DNA of 64,000 nt from an uncultured Verrucomicrobiae bacterium (GTDB taxonomy: Bacteria; Verrucomicrobiota; Verrucomicrobiia; Limisphaerales; UBA11358), in contig CAWHLR010000026.1 in assembly GCA_963830235.1 (NCBI GenBank), positions 4,792-68,791 of the forward strand. Reading direction: 5' to 3'. This document shows positions 35,659 to 45,983 of the stretch, piece by piece (the stretch's first letter is position 1; every line of letters begins with the position of its first letter). The translations under genes and the position numbers were made by a program. The notes under the pieces are model-generated. The model was not told where the DNA came from. It did not search any database and worked only from the letters and a program-made list of their open reading frames with translations.

Positions 35659-36669
35659 TCAACCCGCCGTCAGCCGGATGATTTCACGCAATGGCGTGCG
35701 CGGGCGGAACTTCACGCAGCGTTCCAGCTTTTTCACCAGCGGTTTGCGGCGGCGCATGTCGTCAAATTCCGGCGCACCGGTGACCCCGGAGCTTTTTGGC
35801 ACCGGCCCATAAGCTTTGGCATACGGCACGAGTTGAATCTTCGATTTTGAATCCAGCGTTTTCACCACGAGCCGGCCCAGTTTGAGGATGCTGACTTCCT
35901 CCGTGCCGCCCACATTGAAAATTTCGCCGCGCGCCTTCGGACAATTTTGCAGCCGCACCAGCGCCTCCACCGCGTCGCCGACGTGGCAGAAACACCGCGT
36001 TTGCGCGCCGTCGCCGAAAACTTTGAGCGGTTCGCCCTTTTTCGCCGCTGCGATGAACCGGGGCAGCACCATGCCGTAGCGGCCGGTCTGGCGCGGGCCG
36101 ACGGTGTTGAACAGCCGCGCGATGATGACCGGCAGCGACTTTTCCCGCGCATAAGCCAGCGCCAGAAATTCGTCGGTGAGCTTCGAGCACGCGTAGCTCC
36201 AGCGCGATTGTCCGGGCGGCCCAATGAGCAAATCATCATCCTCGCCGAACGCCGGCTTCGCGCTCTTGCCATAGACCTCCGAAGTTGAAGTCAACAGCAG
36301 CGGTGTGCGTCTGGTCGTGGCGGCCCGCAACAAGATTTGGGTCTCGTGAAAACTAGATTCCAAAACGCTCAACGCCGATTTCACCACCAGTTCAACGCCC
36401 ACCGTCGCTGCCAGATGAAAGATGAACTCCGCGTTCGCCGCCAGCTTCGGCAGTTCACGGCACGCGGATATTTTCGATTGAATCACGAGCAGCCGCCGAT
36501 GCGATTTGACCGCGCGCAAATTTTCCAGGCTGCCCGTGGAAAGATCGTCAATGACGACAACCGTTTTGCCATCGGCCAGCAATCGTTCGACGAGGTGCGA
36601 CCCGATGAAACCCGCGCCGCCGGTGACAAGGATGTGCGAGGATGAAGGATGGAGGATGGAGGATGGCAT
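35659..36669 (-). CDS. NAD-dependent sugar epimerase/dehydratase (SDR family)
   Basis: VTGGAGFIGSHL Rossmann motif and the YACSK catalytic motif. Confidence 0.85.
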   Translation of the reverse strand: MPSSILHPSSSHILVTGGAGFIGSHLVERLLADGKTVVVIDDLSTGSLENLRAVKSHRRLLVIQSKISACRELPKLAANAEFIFHLAATVGVELVVKSALSVLESSFHETQILLRAATTRRTPLLLTSTSEVYGKSAKPAFGEDDDLLIGPPGQSRWSYACSKLTDEFLALAYAREKSLPVIIARLFNTVGPRQTGRYGMVLPRFIAAAKKGEPLKVFGDGAQTRCFCHVGDAVEALVRLQNCPKARGEIFNVGGTEEVSILKLGRLVVKTLDSKSKIQLVPYAKAYGPVPKSSGVTGAPEFDDMRRRKPLVKKLERCVKFRPRTPLREIIRLTAG

Positions 36670-36681
36670 TCTCGTTTTGTT

Positions 36682-37785
36682 TCACCGCAGCGCGTCCGCG
36701 ACGGCTTCCGCGAGTTTCTGGCGGAAATCCGGGCTTTCGATCAACTTGGCCTCGCGGGGATTGGACATGAAGCCGCCTTCAATCAAAATCGCCGGGCGGT
36801 TTTGTCCGCGCAGAACCGTATCGAATCGCGAATGGCTGACGCCGCGATCGTCCAAGCCCGTTGCGCGTGACAATGCGCTTTGGACGCGGACGGCGAGTTG
36901 AAGGTTTTGCGCGTCATAAGTGTTGTTGGGAAAAACCAGCGACCAGCTATCGGGATAACCGCGCGTCAACGTGGACGGCATGCCGGCGGGCGTAATGCAA
37001 TAGGTTTCCAGGCCGCCGGGCTTTTTATCGCGATCAGACGTGGAATTGAAATGCAGGCTGATGAACAGATCAGCGTGATGCGCCTCGGCGAAAACGACCC
37101 GGTCCAGATTCGACACGGTTATATCGCTGGTGCGCGTCAAAAACACCTGCCAGCCCTCCTGTTCGAGCAGCGGCGCGAGCCGTTTCGCCCAGTCGAGCGT
37201 GAATTCTTTTTCAAACCGGCCGTCGAGAACGCTGTGGGTGCCGACGTTGGAGCCGCCATGGCCGGGATCAATCACGATGACGCGATTGCCAAAGGTCAGC
37301 GGCGGCCCGAGCAGCAGCGGCTCAATATTCTTCTGCAAATCCACGCCATGAACGAAAACCTGGTCGTCAATGAATTCCGGGGCGAAACCAAGATTGACCA
37401 CCGTGTCGTTCCAGGCCGCTTCGCGGCTGCCGATTTCCAAAGCCATCGTGCCGTTCGGCGAACTCACCGCATACGCGGCCACGGGCGTGTCGGACAACCG
37501 CTGCGGCGCGCTGATTTTGTTTTCGGCGGCCCAGCGGTTGAGTGAAGTCCACGTCGTCACCGGCGCGGCGGACGTTGGATTGGATCCTGGCGGTATGGTG
37601 TCACCGGCCCGAATGACCGTGCGCGCGGGGAATTTTTTAGCGGCGTTGGTGTCCGTCCAGTTGAACGAGGACGCTCCAGCGGACCGGGCGGCGACGAAAT
37701 GGTTTCTTTCCGGAATGGTGGGTGTGGAGGAACACCCCGCCAGGAGAATCGCCGCGCCGACAATGATGGCCGCTCGTTTGAACAT
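36682..37785 (-). CDS. N-acetylmuramoyl-L-alanine amidase (Amidase_3 type)
   Basis: Signal/lipobox-like N-terminus (LLAGCSS) and VIVIDPGHGG...DLFISLHFNS...IEGGFMSNPRE. Confidence 0.85.
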   Translation of the reverse strand: MFKRAAIIVGAAILLAGCSSTPTIPERNHFVAARSAGASSFNWTDTNAAKKFPARTVIRAGDTIPPGSNPTSAAPVTTWTSLNRWAAENKISAPQRLSDTPVAAYAVSSPNGTMALEIGSREAAWNDTVVNLGFAPEFIDDQVFVHGVDLQKNIEPLLLGPPLTFGNRVIVIDPGHGGSNVGTHSVLDGRFEKEFTLDWAKRLAPLLEQEGWQVFLTRTSDITVSNLDRVVFAEAHHADLFISLHFNSTSDRDKKPGGLETYCITPAGMPSTLTRGYPDSWSLVFPNNTYDAQNLQLAVRVQSALSRATGLDDRGVSHSRFDTVLRGQNRPAILIEGGFMSNPREAKLIESPDFRQKLAEAVADALR

Positions 37786-37830
37786 CCGGTCATTGTGCGG
37801 ATGCGGAAACCGGACTTAAGCTGTTTCATG

Positions 37831-37902
37831 CATTTGCGATTTACGATTTGCGATTGACGCGTCCTCTGCCATTTACTCGTAAATCGTATATCGTGAATCG
37901 CC
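37831..37902. repeat. heptamer-array hairpin, GATTTAC family
   Basis: catttgcgatttacgatttgcgattgacg faces tttactcgtaaatcgtatatcgtgaatcgcc. Confidence 0.85.
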
Positions 37903-37967
37903 AGTTGCCGGTTCGGAAATTTTGTTGCGCTTGCCGCAATCGCCCTGGAACGCCATCATTTGCTTGC

Positions 37968-38525
37968 TTGAAAATTTTGATTGCCATTACCGGGGCCAGC
38001 GGCGCGCTTTATGCCCAGCGCCTGCTCGACAATCTCGACCCGAGCACGCACGAAATCCACGTCGTGCTCAGCAACTACGCGCCGCAGGTCATCGCCGGGG
38101 AACTGCCCGGCGGCCTGCGCCTGCCCGATGGCGTCAAGACGCACAGCATCAAAAGCATGAACGCGCCGTTCGCCAGCGGCTCGAACCCGCCGGATGCCAT
38201 GGTGGTCATTCCCTGCACGATGGGCACGATGGGCCGCATTGCGCATGGTTACAGCGAGGATGTTTTGCTGCGCGCGGCGGACGTGGTGCTGAAGGAGCGG
38301 AAAAAACTGATTTTGGTCCCGCGCGAGACGCCGCTCAGTCTGGTGCATGTCAAAAACATGGAACTGCTGCTGCTGGCGGGCGCGGTGATTCTGCCGGCGA
38401 ACCCAAGTTTTTATGCGGGTCCCAAAACGATCCAGGAAGTGGTGGATACCGTGGTCGCCCGTGTGCTGGATCATCTCGGCGTGCCGAACCAGCTCGCGCC
38501 GCGCTGGAGTGAGGAAAAGGAGTAA
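37968..38525 (+). CDS. ubiX: flavin prenyltransferase UbiX family (TTG start inferred)
   Basis: (M)KILIAITGASGALYAQRLL...VIPCTMGTMGRIAHG...LILVPRETPL. Confidence 0.85.
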   Translation: MKILIAITGASGALYAQRLLDNLDPSTHEIHVVLSNYAPQVIAGELPGGLRLPDGVKTHSIKSMNAPFASGSNPPDAMVVIPCTMGTMGRIAHGYSEDVLLRAADVVLKERKKLILVPRETPLSLVHVKNMELLLLAGAVILPANPSFYAGPKTIQEVVDTVVARVLDHLGVPNQLAPRWSEEKE

Positions 38526-38538
38526 AATGCGAAAAAGG

Positions 38539-39066
<528 letters not shown>

Positions 39067-39073
<7 letters not shown>

Positions 39074-39963
39074 TCTTAATTAAAAAGTGGGCTTCCTTCG
39101 TGCGCTTCCCGCACACGGTCTTCGCGCTGCCGTTCGCGCTGGCGGCGATGGCTGTGGCGGCGCGGGACAATCGCGGCTGGCCGGGTTGGAAAACTTTCGC
39201 GCTGATCCTCGCGGCCATGGTCTGCGCGCGCACCTGTGCCATGGCATTCAACCGAATCGCCGATCGCAAATTCGACGCGTTGAATCCGCGCACGGCCAGC
39301 CGCCACCTGCCCACCGGCCAGATTTCTTTGTTCAGCGCCTGGCTGCTTTGCCTGTTGAGCGGCGTCGGTTTGATAGCGGCCAGCTTCTTTCTGAATCCGC
39401 TGTGTTTTTACCTCTCGCCCGTTGCGCTGGTGGTGATTTGTTTTTATTCACTGACGAAGCGGTTCACGGATTACACGCACGTTTTTCTCGGCCTCGCGCT
39501 CGCGCTCGCGCCCGTGGGCGCGTGGCTGGCGGTGAAAGGAACGAATGTTTCGATATTGGAAATCTTGCAAATGACCATGCTCGCGCTGGCGGTTATGCTG
39601 TGGCTCGTCGGCTTCGACATCATTTACTCGCTACAGGATTACGAGTTCGACAAATCGCATGGCCTGCATTCGCTCGTCGTGGCGTGGGGACAAAAGAATG
39701 CTCTCCAAGCGGCGTTTCTCGCGCATATGGTCATGTGCGGCCTGCTGCTGGCGTTCGGTTTGCTCTGCCGGTTTCGCATCGCGTATCTCGTCGGCTGGAT
39801 GATCATCGTCGGCTGCCTGGTGCTGGAACATTGGATTGCCCGCCGCCGCAGCCTGAACTGGATCAACGTCGCGTTCTTCCGGCTCAACGCCGTTGTGAGC
39901 GCCGTTTTTTTAATCGTGACGGTGGCGGAAGTGGTGTTTCAGGGTGGGTTTCGGCTGCGTTGA
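39067..39963 (+). CDS. ubiA: UbiA-family aromatic prenyltransferase
   Basis: Polytopic protein with the NRIADRKFD Asp-rich motif and a second DxxxD-like motif (DIIYSLQDYEFD). Confidence 0.8.
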
Positions 39964-39965
39964 TT

Positions 39966-40070
39966 GGGGCAAAACATCGAACATCCAACATCGAACGCTG
40001 AACATCGAACGCTTGTTGAAAATGCCCCGATTCGATGTTGGGAGTTCGATGTTCGATGTTCAGCGTTTCC
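39966..40070. repeat. GAACATC-heptamer inverted pair without cargo
   Basis: ggggcaaaacatcgaacatccaacatcgaacgctgaacatcgaacgc ... gccccgattcgatgttgggagttcgatgttcgatgttcagcgtttcc. Confidence 0.8.
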
Positions 40071-40529
40071 GATTAAGTATTTTGGTAACATCCGTCGTGA
40101 TTTGCTTCTGAGTTGGGTGTATGAGTGGCATCCAAGTGACCCCGTCAGACAACCCGAAATGTCCGCAATGCGGCACGCCGCTGCCGGCCGGCGCGCTCGC
40201 CGGCCTTTGCCCCGCCTGCCTGCTGAAACAGGGCGCGGCCGACGAAACCGCCACGGGCGGGCAGACGCCGCCGTTCCAGCCGCCATCCATCGCCGAACTG
40301 GCGCCGTTGTTCCCGCAGCTCGAAATTCTTGAACTCATTGGCAAGGGCGGCATGGGCGCGGTCTATAAGGCGCGGCAAAAGGAACTGGATCGCTTTGTCG
40401 CGCTGAAAATTCTTCCGCCGGGCATCGGCCGCGACGCCGCCTTCGCCGGGCGTTTCGCGCGCGAAGCCAGGGCGCTCGCGAAGCTGAATCACCCGGGCAT
40501 CGTCACGCTTTACGAGTTTGGGCAGGTCG

Positions 40530-40610
40530 GTAGTGGCACAGGCGTCCCGCCTGTGAGTGTCGGAGAAACCGCAAACGAGAAACTCACAGGCAAGATGCCT
40601 GTGCCACTAT
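40530..40610. repeat. REPIN doublet (GTGGCAC family) in-frame inside the kinase (81 nt)
   Basis: GTAGTGGCACAGGCGTCCCGCCTGTGAGT faces ACTCACAGGCAAGATGCCTGTGCCACTAT. It is translated as GSGTGVPPVSVGETANEKLTGKMPVPL. Confidence 0.85.
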
Positions 40611-40848
40611 TTTATTTCCTCATGGAATTCGTGGATGGCGTGAACCTGCGGCAATTGCTTCACGCCGGCCGCATCGCGCCGCGCGAGGCGCTGGCCATTG
40701 TGCCGCAAATTTGCGACGCGCTTCAGTTCGCGCATGATCAGGGCATCGTCCATCGCGACATCAAGCCGGAAAATATTTTGCTGGACTGCCGCGGCCGCGT
40801 GAAGGTGGCGGATTTTGGGCTGGCAAAACTGGTGGGGGTAGATGCGTT

Positions 40849-40909
40849 GGAGTTCCGCCTTCAGGCGGTTCCGACGCGACAAACCCGGACCGGCTGAAGC
40901 CGGAACTCC
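40849..40909. repeat. 61-nt palindromic element that disrupts the kinase frame
   Basis: ggagttccg-ccttcagg-cgg...ccggctgaagccggaactcc. The outer 9-bp arms are ggagttccg/cggaactcc, and there is an in-frame TGA inside. Confidence 0.85.
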
Positions 40910-42434
40910 AAACCCCCGCCTTGACCGCCGCCGGCAAGGTCATGGGCACGCCGAATTACATGGCGCCGGAACAGATGGAACATCCGGATGCCGTGGACAA
41001 TCGCGCGGACATTTACGCGCTGGGCGTGGTGTTTTACCAGATGCTCACCGGCGAACTGCCCGGCAAACAACTCCAGCCGCCGTCGTCGAAAGTTCAAATT
41101 GACGTGCGGCTGGATGAAGTCGTGCTGCGCGCGTTGGAAAAGAAACCTGAACTTCGCTACCAACAGGTCAGCGTGTTCAAGACGCAAATCGAAACGATCT
41201 CCCAAACTTCGCCGGCGGGAAATGCGCCGACAATTTCAGAAAAGCATCATCCAGCGCCCTGGAGCCAAGGGCTTGTTCTCGCGTCATTGTTGTGCATGGG
41301 TGCGTGCCTGTGGCCGGCGTTTGAGTTGTTCAAGCAGGGCGGCGGCTCCTCACTTCTGGTGGGATCGCTGTTGGTGGCGTTAACCATCGTGTGCGCTCTT
41401 TTTGCCATCCGTGGTTACACCATCACAGCCGATGCCATTCTCATTCACCGCTTGTTTTGGGCGACCCGACTGCCGCTCGCCGGACTGAAGTCTGCCCGTT
41501 TCGAAATAGCTGCCACGCGATGGGGCATTCGCGCCGGCAACGGCGGTTTCTTTTCCTGCACCGGATTCCGTTATAACCGACTGCTGGGTTTTCACCGTGT
41601 GTTTGTTACCGACGGAGCTCGAACCGTGGTGCTGCGCTACGCCAACCGCACCGTGGTCATTTCACCCGCCGACCCCGAAGCCTTTGTCCGCGACCTCGCC
41701 ATTCCAATGAAGGCAATGACGTGGGATGAGCAAGCACGCGTCAACGAAGCGGAGTGGCAAAACCCGGTCAATTGGACCGGACCGAAATGGCTGTCGGTTT
41801 ATTTCAGCAAACGCGATTCGCGCGCGTGGGTGCCGAAACAAATTCCCGCTTTGGGCTCGACGGTAAACCTGGGAAATCCGCAAGGCGCGTTCGCGCTGCT
41901 GGCCATCGTCAGCGCAATCATCATTGCCTTGGTTGTCCTGGCCGTTGTGCTGCTGGCGGTTTTCAAACCTGTCCACCCCAATTCGATCAGGTCGGATTAC
42001 ATCGGCCAAACCTGGTTTCCCAAAGGCGATTCCATTGAAATAACCTCGGTTGAGCGGACCGAGAAGCGGATGGTGGTCAAAGGCCATTACAATCTGGTAA
42101 GCCATGATCAGGCGACGCTGGCGCTTTACATCACTTCGACCAATAAAAATCTTCCAGAAGACAAGGAACAGCGGATGCAAATTTCCAAAGGACGCGGCGA
42201 TTTTGAATTGGTTCATTCCCATGTTATTCCCGGTCTTCCGCATGTGGTGATGGATGCCAACGGAGAAAATATTGCCAACCTGTATTTTGGAACCCAGGCC
42301 GAATCGCTGGAAGAAAGCAAGGCCAGTTGGAACTCGGGTGCCAACCAAATTGGTGAGGAGCCGGGCAAAATGGCGGCGCCCCTCAAATTCCCCCGCCGAT
42401 CAAAACCATTGTCCTGACGCGGGCGACGAATCAG

Positions 42435-43262
42435 GTGGTCGGTGCATCGAATGATGTGCGAACCGTGACTCTGTGGACCGATTCGATGGTTCAGCCGGGT
42501 GAAACTTTTTCGGCTCTGGTGAAACTTGGCGACGGACAACAGATTGACATGGGCTCGGAGTTATTCATCAACTGGGAGCCGGATACCATCGGGACTTCTT
42601 CTGCTTTTACATGGTGGTTTGGCAACCCCAGTTTTGCACAGGGATTCGGCCAGAATGAAGCCGAAGCCGCAGTCGCCCAATTGCGCGACTGGAGTGAAAA
42701 GCCACTCACACTTGGTTCCGGAAATCCGCTGGAATTGTTTTCGGTAACGAACAAGTCCGGCGAAATCATGGCCGGGTATCTTGAGTTCAAGCGCAACATG
42801 CCGACCCCGCCGGTGGATTCGCCTGCCGCAAAAGTTCAGGCCATCGTTCACATCCGCGGATTCTCCACATTTTTTCCAACTCTTAATTACAGCGTTAAAT
42901 TGCCACCAGGCTATGCTTTGCGGGCAACTGCCAATCGGGGTCGGGTTCAGACAAGCGTTGCTAAAAGGCCTCCGATGATCGGTGATTATCGTTCTGACTG
43001 GTCGGATGTCTCCCGGCCCAAGCCATCATTTCTGCAACCCGGTCAACGCCCTCAACTTCAACCTCAAAGAATGGAAACGTTCGCAGAGCGCGAAGCACAA
43101 CGCGCAGCTTTGGAGTCGCAGTTTCAAGCACTGCAAGACCAGGGTCCGATTCCGGTTTTCCTCGGCGAACCAAAATTATTATTCTCAACCACCAACAACA
43201 CAGGCGAGGTATATCAGGGCTTCCTTGAACTGGTCGGTCCACCCACTCCGACAAATAACTGA
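42435..43262 (+). CDS. hypothetical protein with an internal two-fold repeat
   Basis: PLELFSVTNKSGEIMAGYLEFK and PKLLFSTTNNTGEVYQGFLELV repeat motifs. GTG start taken from the ORF track. Confidence 0.5.
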   Translation: MVGASNDVRTVTLWTDSMVQPGETFSALVKLGDGQQIDMGSELFINWEPDTIGTSSAFTWWFGNPSFAQGFGQNEAEAAVAQLRDWSEKPLTLGSGNPLELFSVTNKSGEIMAGYLEFKRNMPTPPVDSPAAKVQAIVHIRGFSTFFPTLNYSVKLPPGYALRATANRGRVQTSVAKRPPMIGDYRSDWSDVSRPKPSFLQPGQRPQLQPQRMETFAEREAQRAALESQFQALQDQGPIPVFLGEPKLLFSTTNNTGEVYQGFLELVGPPTPTNN

Positions 43263-43263
43263 T

Positions 43264-44013
43264 TTGACCTCCGAACATTCAACACCAGCCTCGACCGCGC
43301 CGGGCGACATTTTCGCCACGACGCACTGGACGGTCGTCCTCGCGGCGGGTAAGCGTTCGACGCCCCAATCCGATTTGGCGCTGGAGGAATTGTGCCGTGC
43401 CTACTGGTTTCCGCTTTACGCCTACGTCCGCCGGCGTGGGCACAACAAGGAGGACGCGGAGGATTTGACCCAGGCTTTTTTCGCACGATTCCTGGAGAAA
43501 AATTATCTCGCCGGCCTGAGCGCTGAGCGCGGACGTTTCCGCGCCTTTCTGCTCGCGTCGCTGAAACATTTTCTCGCCAACGAATGGGACAAATCGCGCC
43601 GCCAGAAACGCGGCGGCGGCATGACGCCGCTGTCCCTGGACTGGCAGACCGCCGACACGCAATTTCAAATCGCCGCCACCGCCGGGCCGAGTCCCGACAA
43701 GGCGTTCGACCGCGAATGGGCCGTGACCCTGCTCGCCAAGGTCATCGAACGGCTACAGGCCGAGTGCGAGACTGATGGTCGGGGGAAACAGTTCGCGGAG
43801 TTGAAAATCTTTCTCACCGCCGGCAAGGGCGAGTTGTCCCACACTGACGCCGCCAAAGCACTGGATATGGATGAAGGCGCGATCCGCGTGGCGGTGCATC
43901 GCCTGCGAAAGCGCTACCGGCAACTGCTCCGGGACGAAATCGCGCAAACCCTGGCTGATTCGGCGGACGTGGATGAAGAGATGCGCGCGCTGTTCGGCGC
44001 GTTTGCTCAATAA
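43264..44013 (+). CDS. ECF-type RNA polymerase sigma factor (kinase-associated type; TTG start inferred)
   Basis: TTHWTVVLAAG...LCRAYWFPLYAYVRRRGHNKEDAEDLTQAFF...AIRVAVHRLRKRYRQLL. Confidence 0.75.
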   Translation: MTSEHSTPASTAPGDIFATTHWTVVLAAGKRSTPQSDLALEELCRAYWFPLYAYVRRRGHNKEDAEDLTQAFFARFLEKNYLAGLSAERGRFRAFLLASLKHFLANEWDKSRRQKRGGGMTPLSLDWQTADTQFQIAATAGPSPDKAFDREWAVTLLAKVIERLQAECETDGRGKQFAELKIFLTAGKGELSHTDAAKALDMDEGAIRVAVHRLRKRYRQLLRDEIAQTLADSADVDEEMRALFGAFAQ

Positions 44014-44081
44014 ATTTCTTTTGTCAAAGACGTGCGTGCGAACATTTGTGAAACGATTTAAATCGCGGAGCGACGGACGAT

Positions 44082-44232
44082 AATAGCCCACGGTAAAACC
44101 GTGGGTTCAACGAACAAAATAAAACCAGCCCCGGCAGGGGCGGCAGAAAACATACGAACGGTTTTATCTGTCGCCCCTGCCGGGGCTTGTGATTTTTGTC
44201 CGACCAACCCACGGCTGACGCCGTGGGCTACT
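44082..44232. repeat. three-hairpin structured element, copy 2
   Basis: agcccacgg-taaaa-ccgtgggtt; agccccggcaggggcggcaga...tctgtcgcccctgccggggct; aacccacggc-tgac-gccgtgggcta. Confidence 0.8.
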
Positions 44233-44370
44233 TTCTGCCGCCTCCGGCGCTGAACGCGCAATTTGCCAAGCGGCAACTGACTTGGTTCCGCGCCCGGAAA
44301 ATCCAGAGTGGATTGAATTGAAGCCGGAGGAATCGCTGGAAAGATGTGCGCAGAAAATTTGTGAAACGAT

Positions 44371-44907
44371 TTAACCTTGTTTCTCTTGTGCATCGTCTCC
44401 TGAAAGAAAATGAGGATTAAGCTCGTTCAGGATTTCTTCCCGTATTTGTTTGATATTTACCTTCAAATTCTTGAGAACCATTGTGGCCACACCTTTACCT
44501 TCAAGCAGTATTCCAAGAAGAAGATGTTCAGTTCCGATGTAAGTGTGATTAAGCAACTTGGCATCGTTTCTCGCCATTTTGAATACTTCTTTCGCTCGCG
44601 GCGTAAATGGAAGAGTGAAAGTCACTTTTCGATCTGGTCCGCGCCCGTCTATTTTTTCAACCCCAATGCGAACTTTTTCAAGATTTAACCCTAATTTGAT
44701 AAGCACATTGGCGGCTACGCCATTTCCCAATTTAACAAGGCCAAGCAAAATATGTTCAGTACCAATAAAATTGTGATTCAAACGCAGCGCCTCTTCGTTT
44801 GCAAAAACAATTGTTTGTTTTGCGCGTGGCGTAAAATTTTCCAAAAGTTCATGCGAATTTGATTTGCGAGTTTTTAACTTCGCCAAAAATTTTCTGAACC
44901 AATTCAT
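44371..44907 (-). CDS. stand-alone Clp N-terminal (double Clp_N repeat) domain protein in an AT-richer segment
   Basis: Two repeats: FTPRAKQTIVFANEEALRLNHNFIGTEHILLGL and FTPRAKEVFKMARNDAKLLNHTYIGTEHLLLGI. No ATPase domain is present. Confidence 0.75.
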   Translation of the reverse strand: MNWFRKFLAKLKTRKSNSHELLENFTPRAKQTIVFANEEALRLNHNFIGTEHILLGLVKLGNGVAANVLIKLGLNLEKVRIGVEKIDGRGPDRKVTFTLPFTPRAKEVFKMARNDAKLLNHTYIGTEHLLLGILLEGKGVATMVLKNLKVNIKQIREEILNELNPHFLSGDDAQEKQG

Positions 44908-44923
44908 CGGAAAAAATTTGATT

Positions 44924-45609
44924 TTAACTTTCCCTCGGTCGTTTGACGACGACGTCAATTTCCGCCTTGTTCTTGGCGATCATGTTCGCGGGCAGGATGC
45001 CGCGCCAGAAGACATTCGGGTAAACCACCGCGCCGCGCCCGAGGATGCTGCCGGGGTTCAGCACGGCGTTGCAGCCAACTTCCGCGCCGTCGCCGAGCAG
45101 CGCGCCGAACTTCCGCAGGCCGGTGTCGAATGGCACGCCGTCCACTTCCACCTCAATGTTGCCGGGGAACAGTTTGTAGTTGGAAATTTTCACCCCCGCG
45201 CCGAGATGCGCCTTGTGGCCGAGAATCGAGTCGCCCACGTAATTGAAATGCGGCACCTGCGCGTTGTTGAACAGCAGCGAGTTTTTCAGCTCGCTGGAAT
45301 TGCCGACAACGCAGCCGTCGCCGATGATGACGTTTTCGCGGATGTAGGCGTTGTGGCGAATCTGGCAGCCCGGCCGATGATGGCCGGGCCTTTGATCATG
45401 GCGCCGTCCTCGACGACCGTGTCCGGGCCGATGAAAACCTGTTCGCCGATGAAGGCCCGTCCCTCGCAGCGGTTGTGCAGGGCGGGTTTCAAATTGGCGG
45501 CGAGGTAGCTCTTGATTTTTTTGAGCGCGTCCCAGGCGAATTTGCCGCCGTCGAAAATGGCGGCGTGTTCGGTCTGGCCCAGGTCAAACAAGTCGGCTGG
45601 CGTGAACAT
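44924..45609 (-). CDS. left-handed beta-helix (hexapeptide-repeat) transferase; frame break near 45370
   Basis: ORF 45286-45609 ends junk-like after GPAIIG. The third frame continues PGCQIRHNAYIRENVIIGDGCVVGNSSELKNSLLFNNAQVPHFNYVGDS and joins ORF 44924-45256. Confidence 0.65.
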
Positions 45610-45657
45610 GGCGGCAGGCTAGGCGAAACGGCGGCGGCGGAAAAGCGAAATGGGCAT

Positions 45658-45695
45658 GGGAATTTAGTCATTAGGGTTTGGGAATTAGTCATTCC
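45658..45695. repeat. ATGACTA-family repeat units (TTAGTCATT x2)
   Basis: gggaatttagtcattagggtttgggaattagtcattcc. Confidence 0.7.
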
Positions 45696-45751
45696 GCAGG
45701 GCGGCATGGGCTTGCCATTCGTTGCGGCGGGGGTATTTTTGCGGCGGGCGC

Positions 45752-45827
45752 GCCCCCATAGCTCAAATGGATAGAGCAGCGGTTTCCTAAACCGTGGATT
45801 CCCGTTCAATTCGGGATGGGGGTACCA
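45752..45827 (+). tRNA. tRNA-Arg (CCU)
   Basis: 76-nt cloverleaf: acceptor GCCCCCA/TGGGGGT, anticodon loop TTCCTAA, T arm TCCCG-TTCAATT-CGGGA, encoded CCA. Confidence 0.85.
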
Positions 45828-45983
45828 AACCGAGGGCTCCGGCTCCCTTCCGGGCGGAGGGAACCCAGCAGTCCTTGGCGCCTCATAATTACAGGGTTGC
45901 ATGGCCAATGAAGATTTGTTGTAACCAAACGGTTACTGTATTGTTCTATTTAAGAGAACAGCAAATTAACAACAACCTTTTTT

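Larger units (their letters stand above)
40121..42417 (+). pseudogene. Ser/Thr protein kinase with a membrane-associated C-terminal region; the frame is broken in the activation loop by a 61-nt palindromic element
   Basis: GKGGMGAVYKA, VALKIL, HRDIKPENIL and DFGLAKLVG lie in ORF 40121-40897. GTPNYMAPEQ onward lies in ORF 40921-42417 in another frame. Confidence 0.8.

Noticed and set aside
40849-40925. Translational bypass (gene-60-like hop) across the 61-nt hairpin in the kinase.
   Set aside because: I could identify no matched take-off and landing codons and no stop codon immediately after a take-off site. Simple disruption by a repeat insertion is the more economical explanation.
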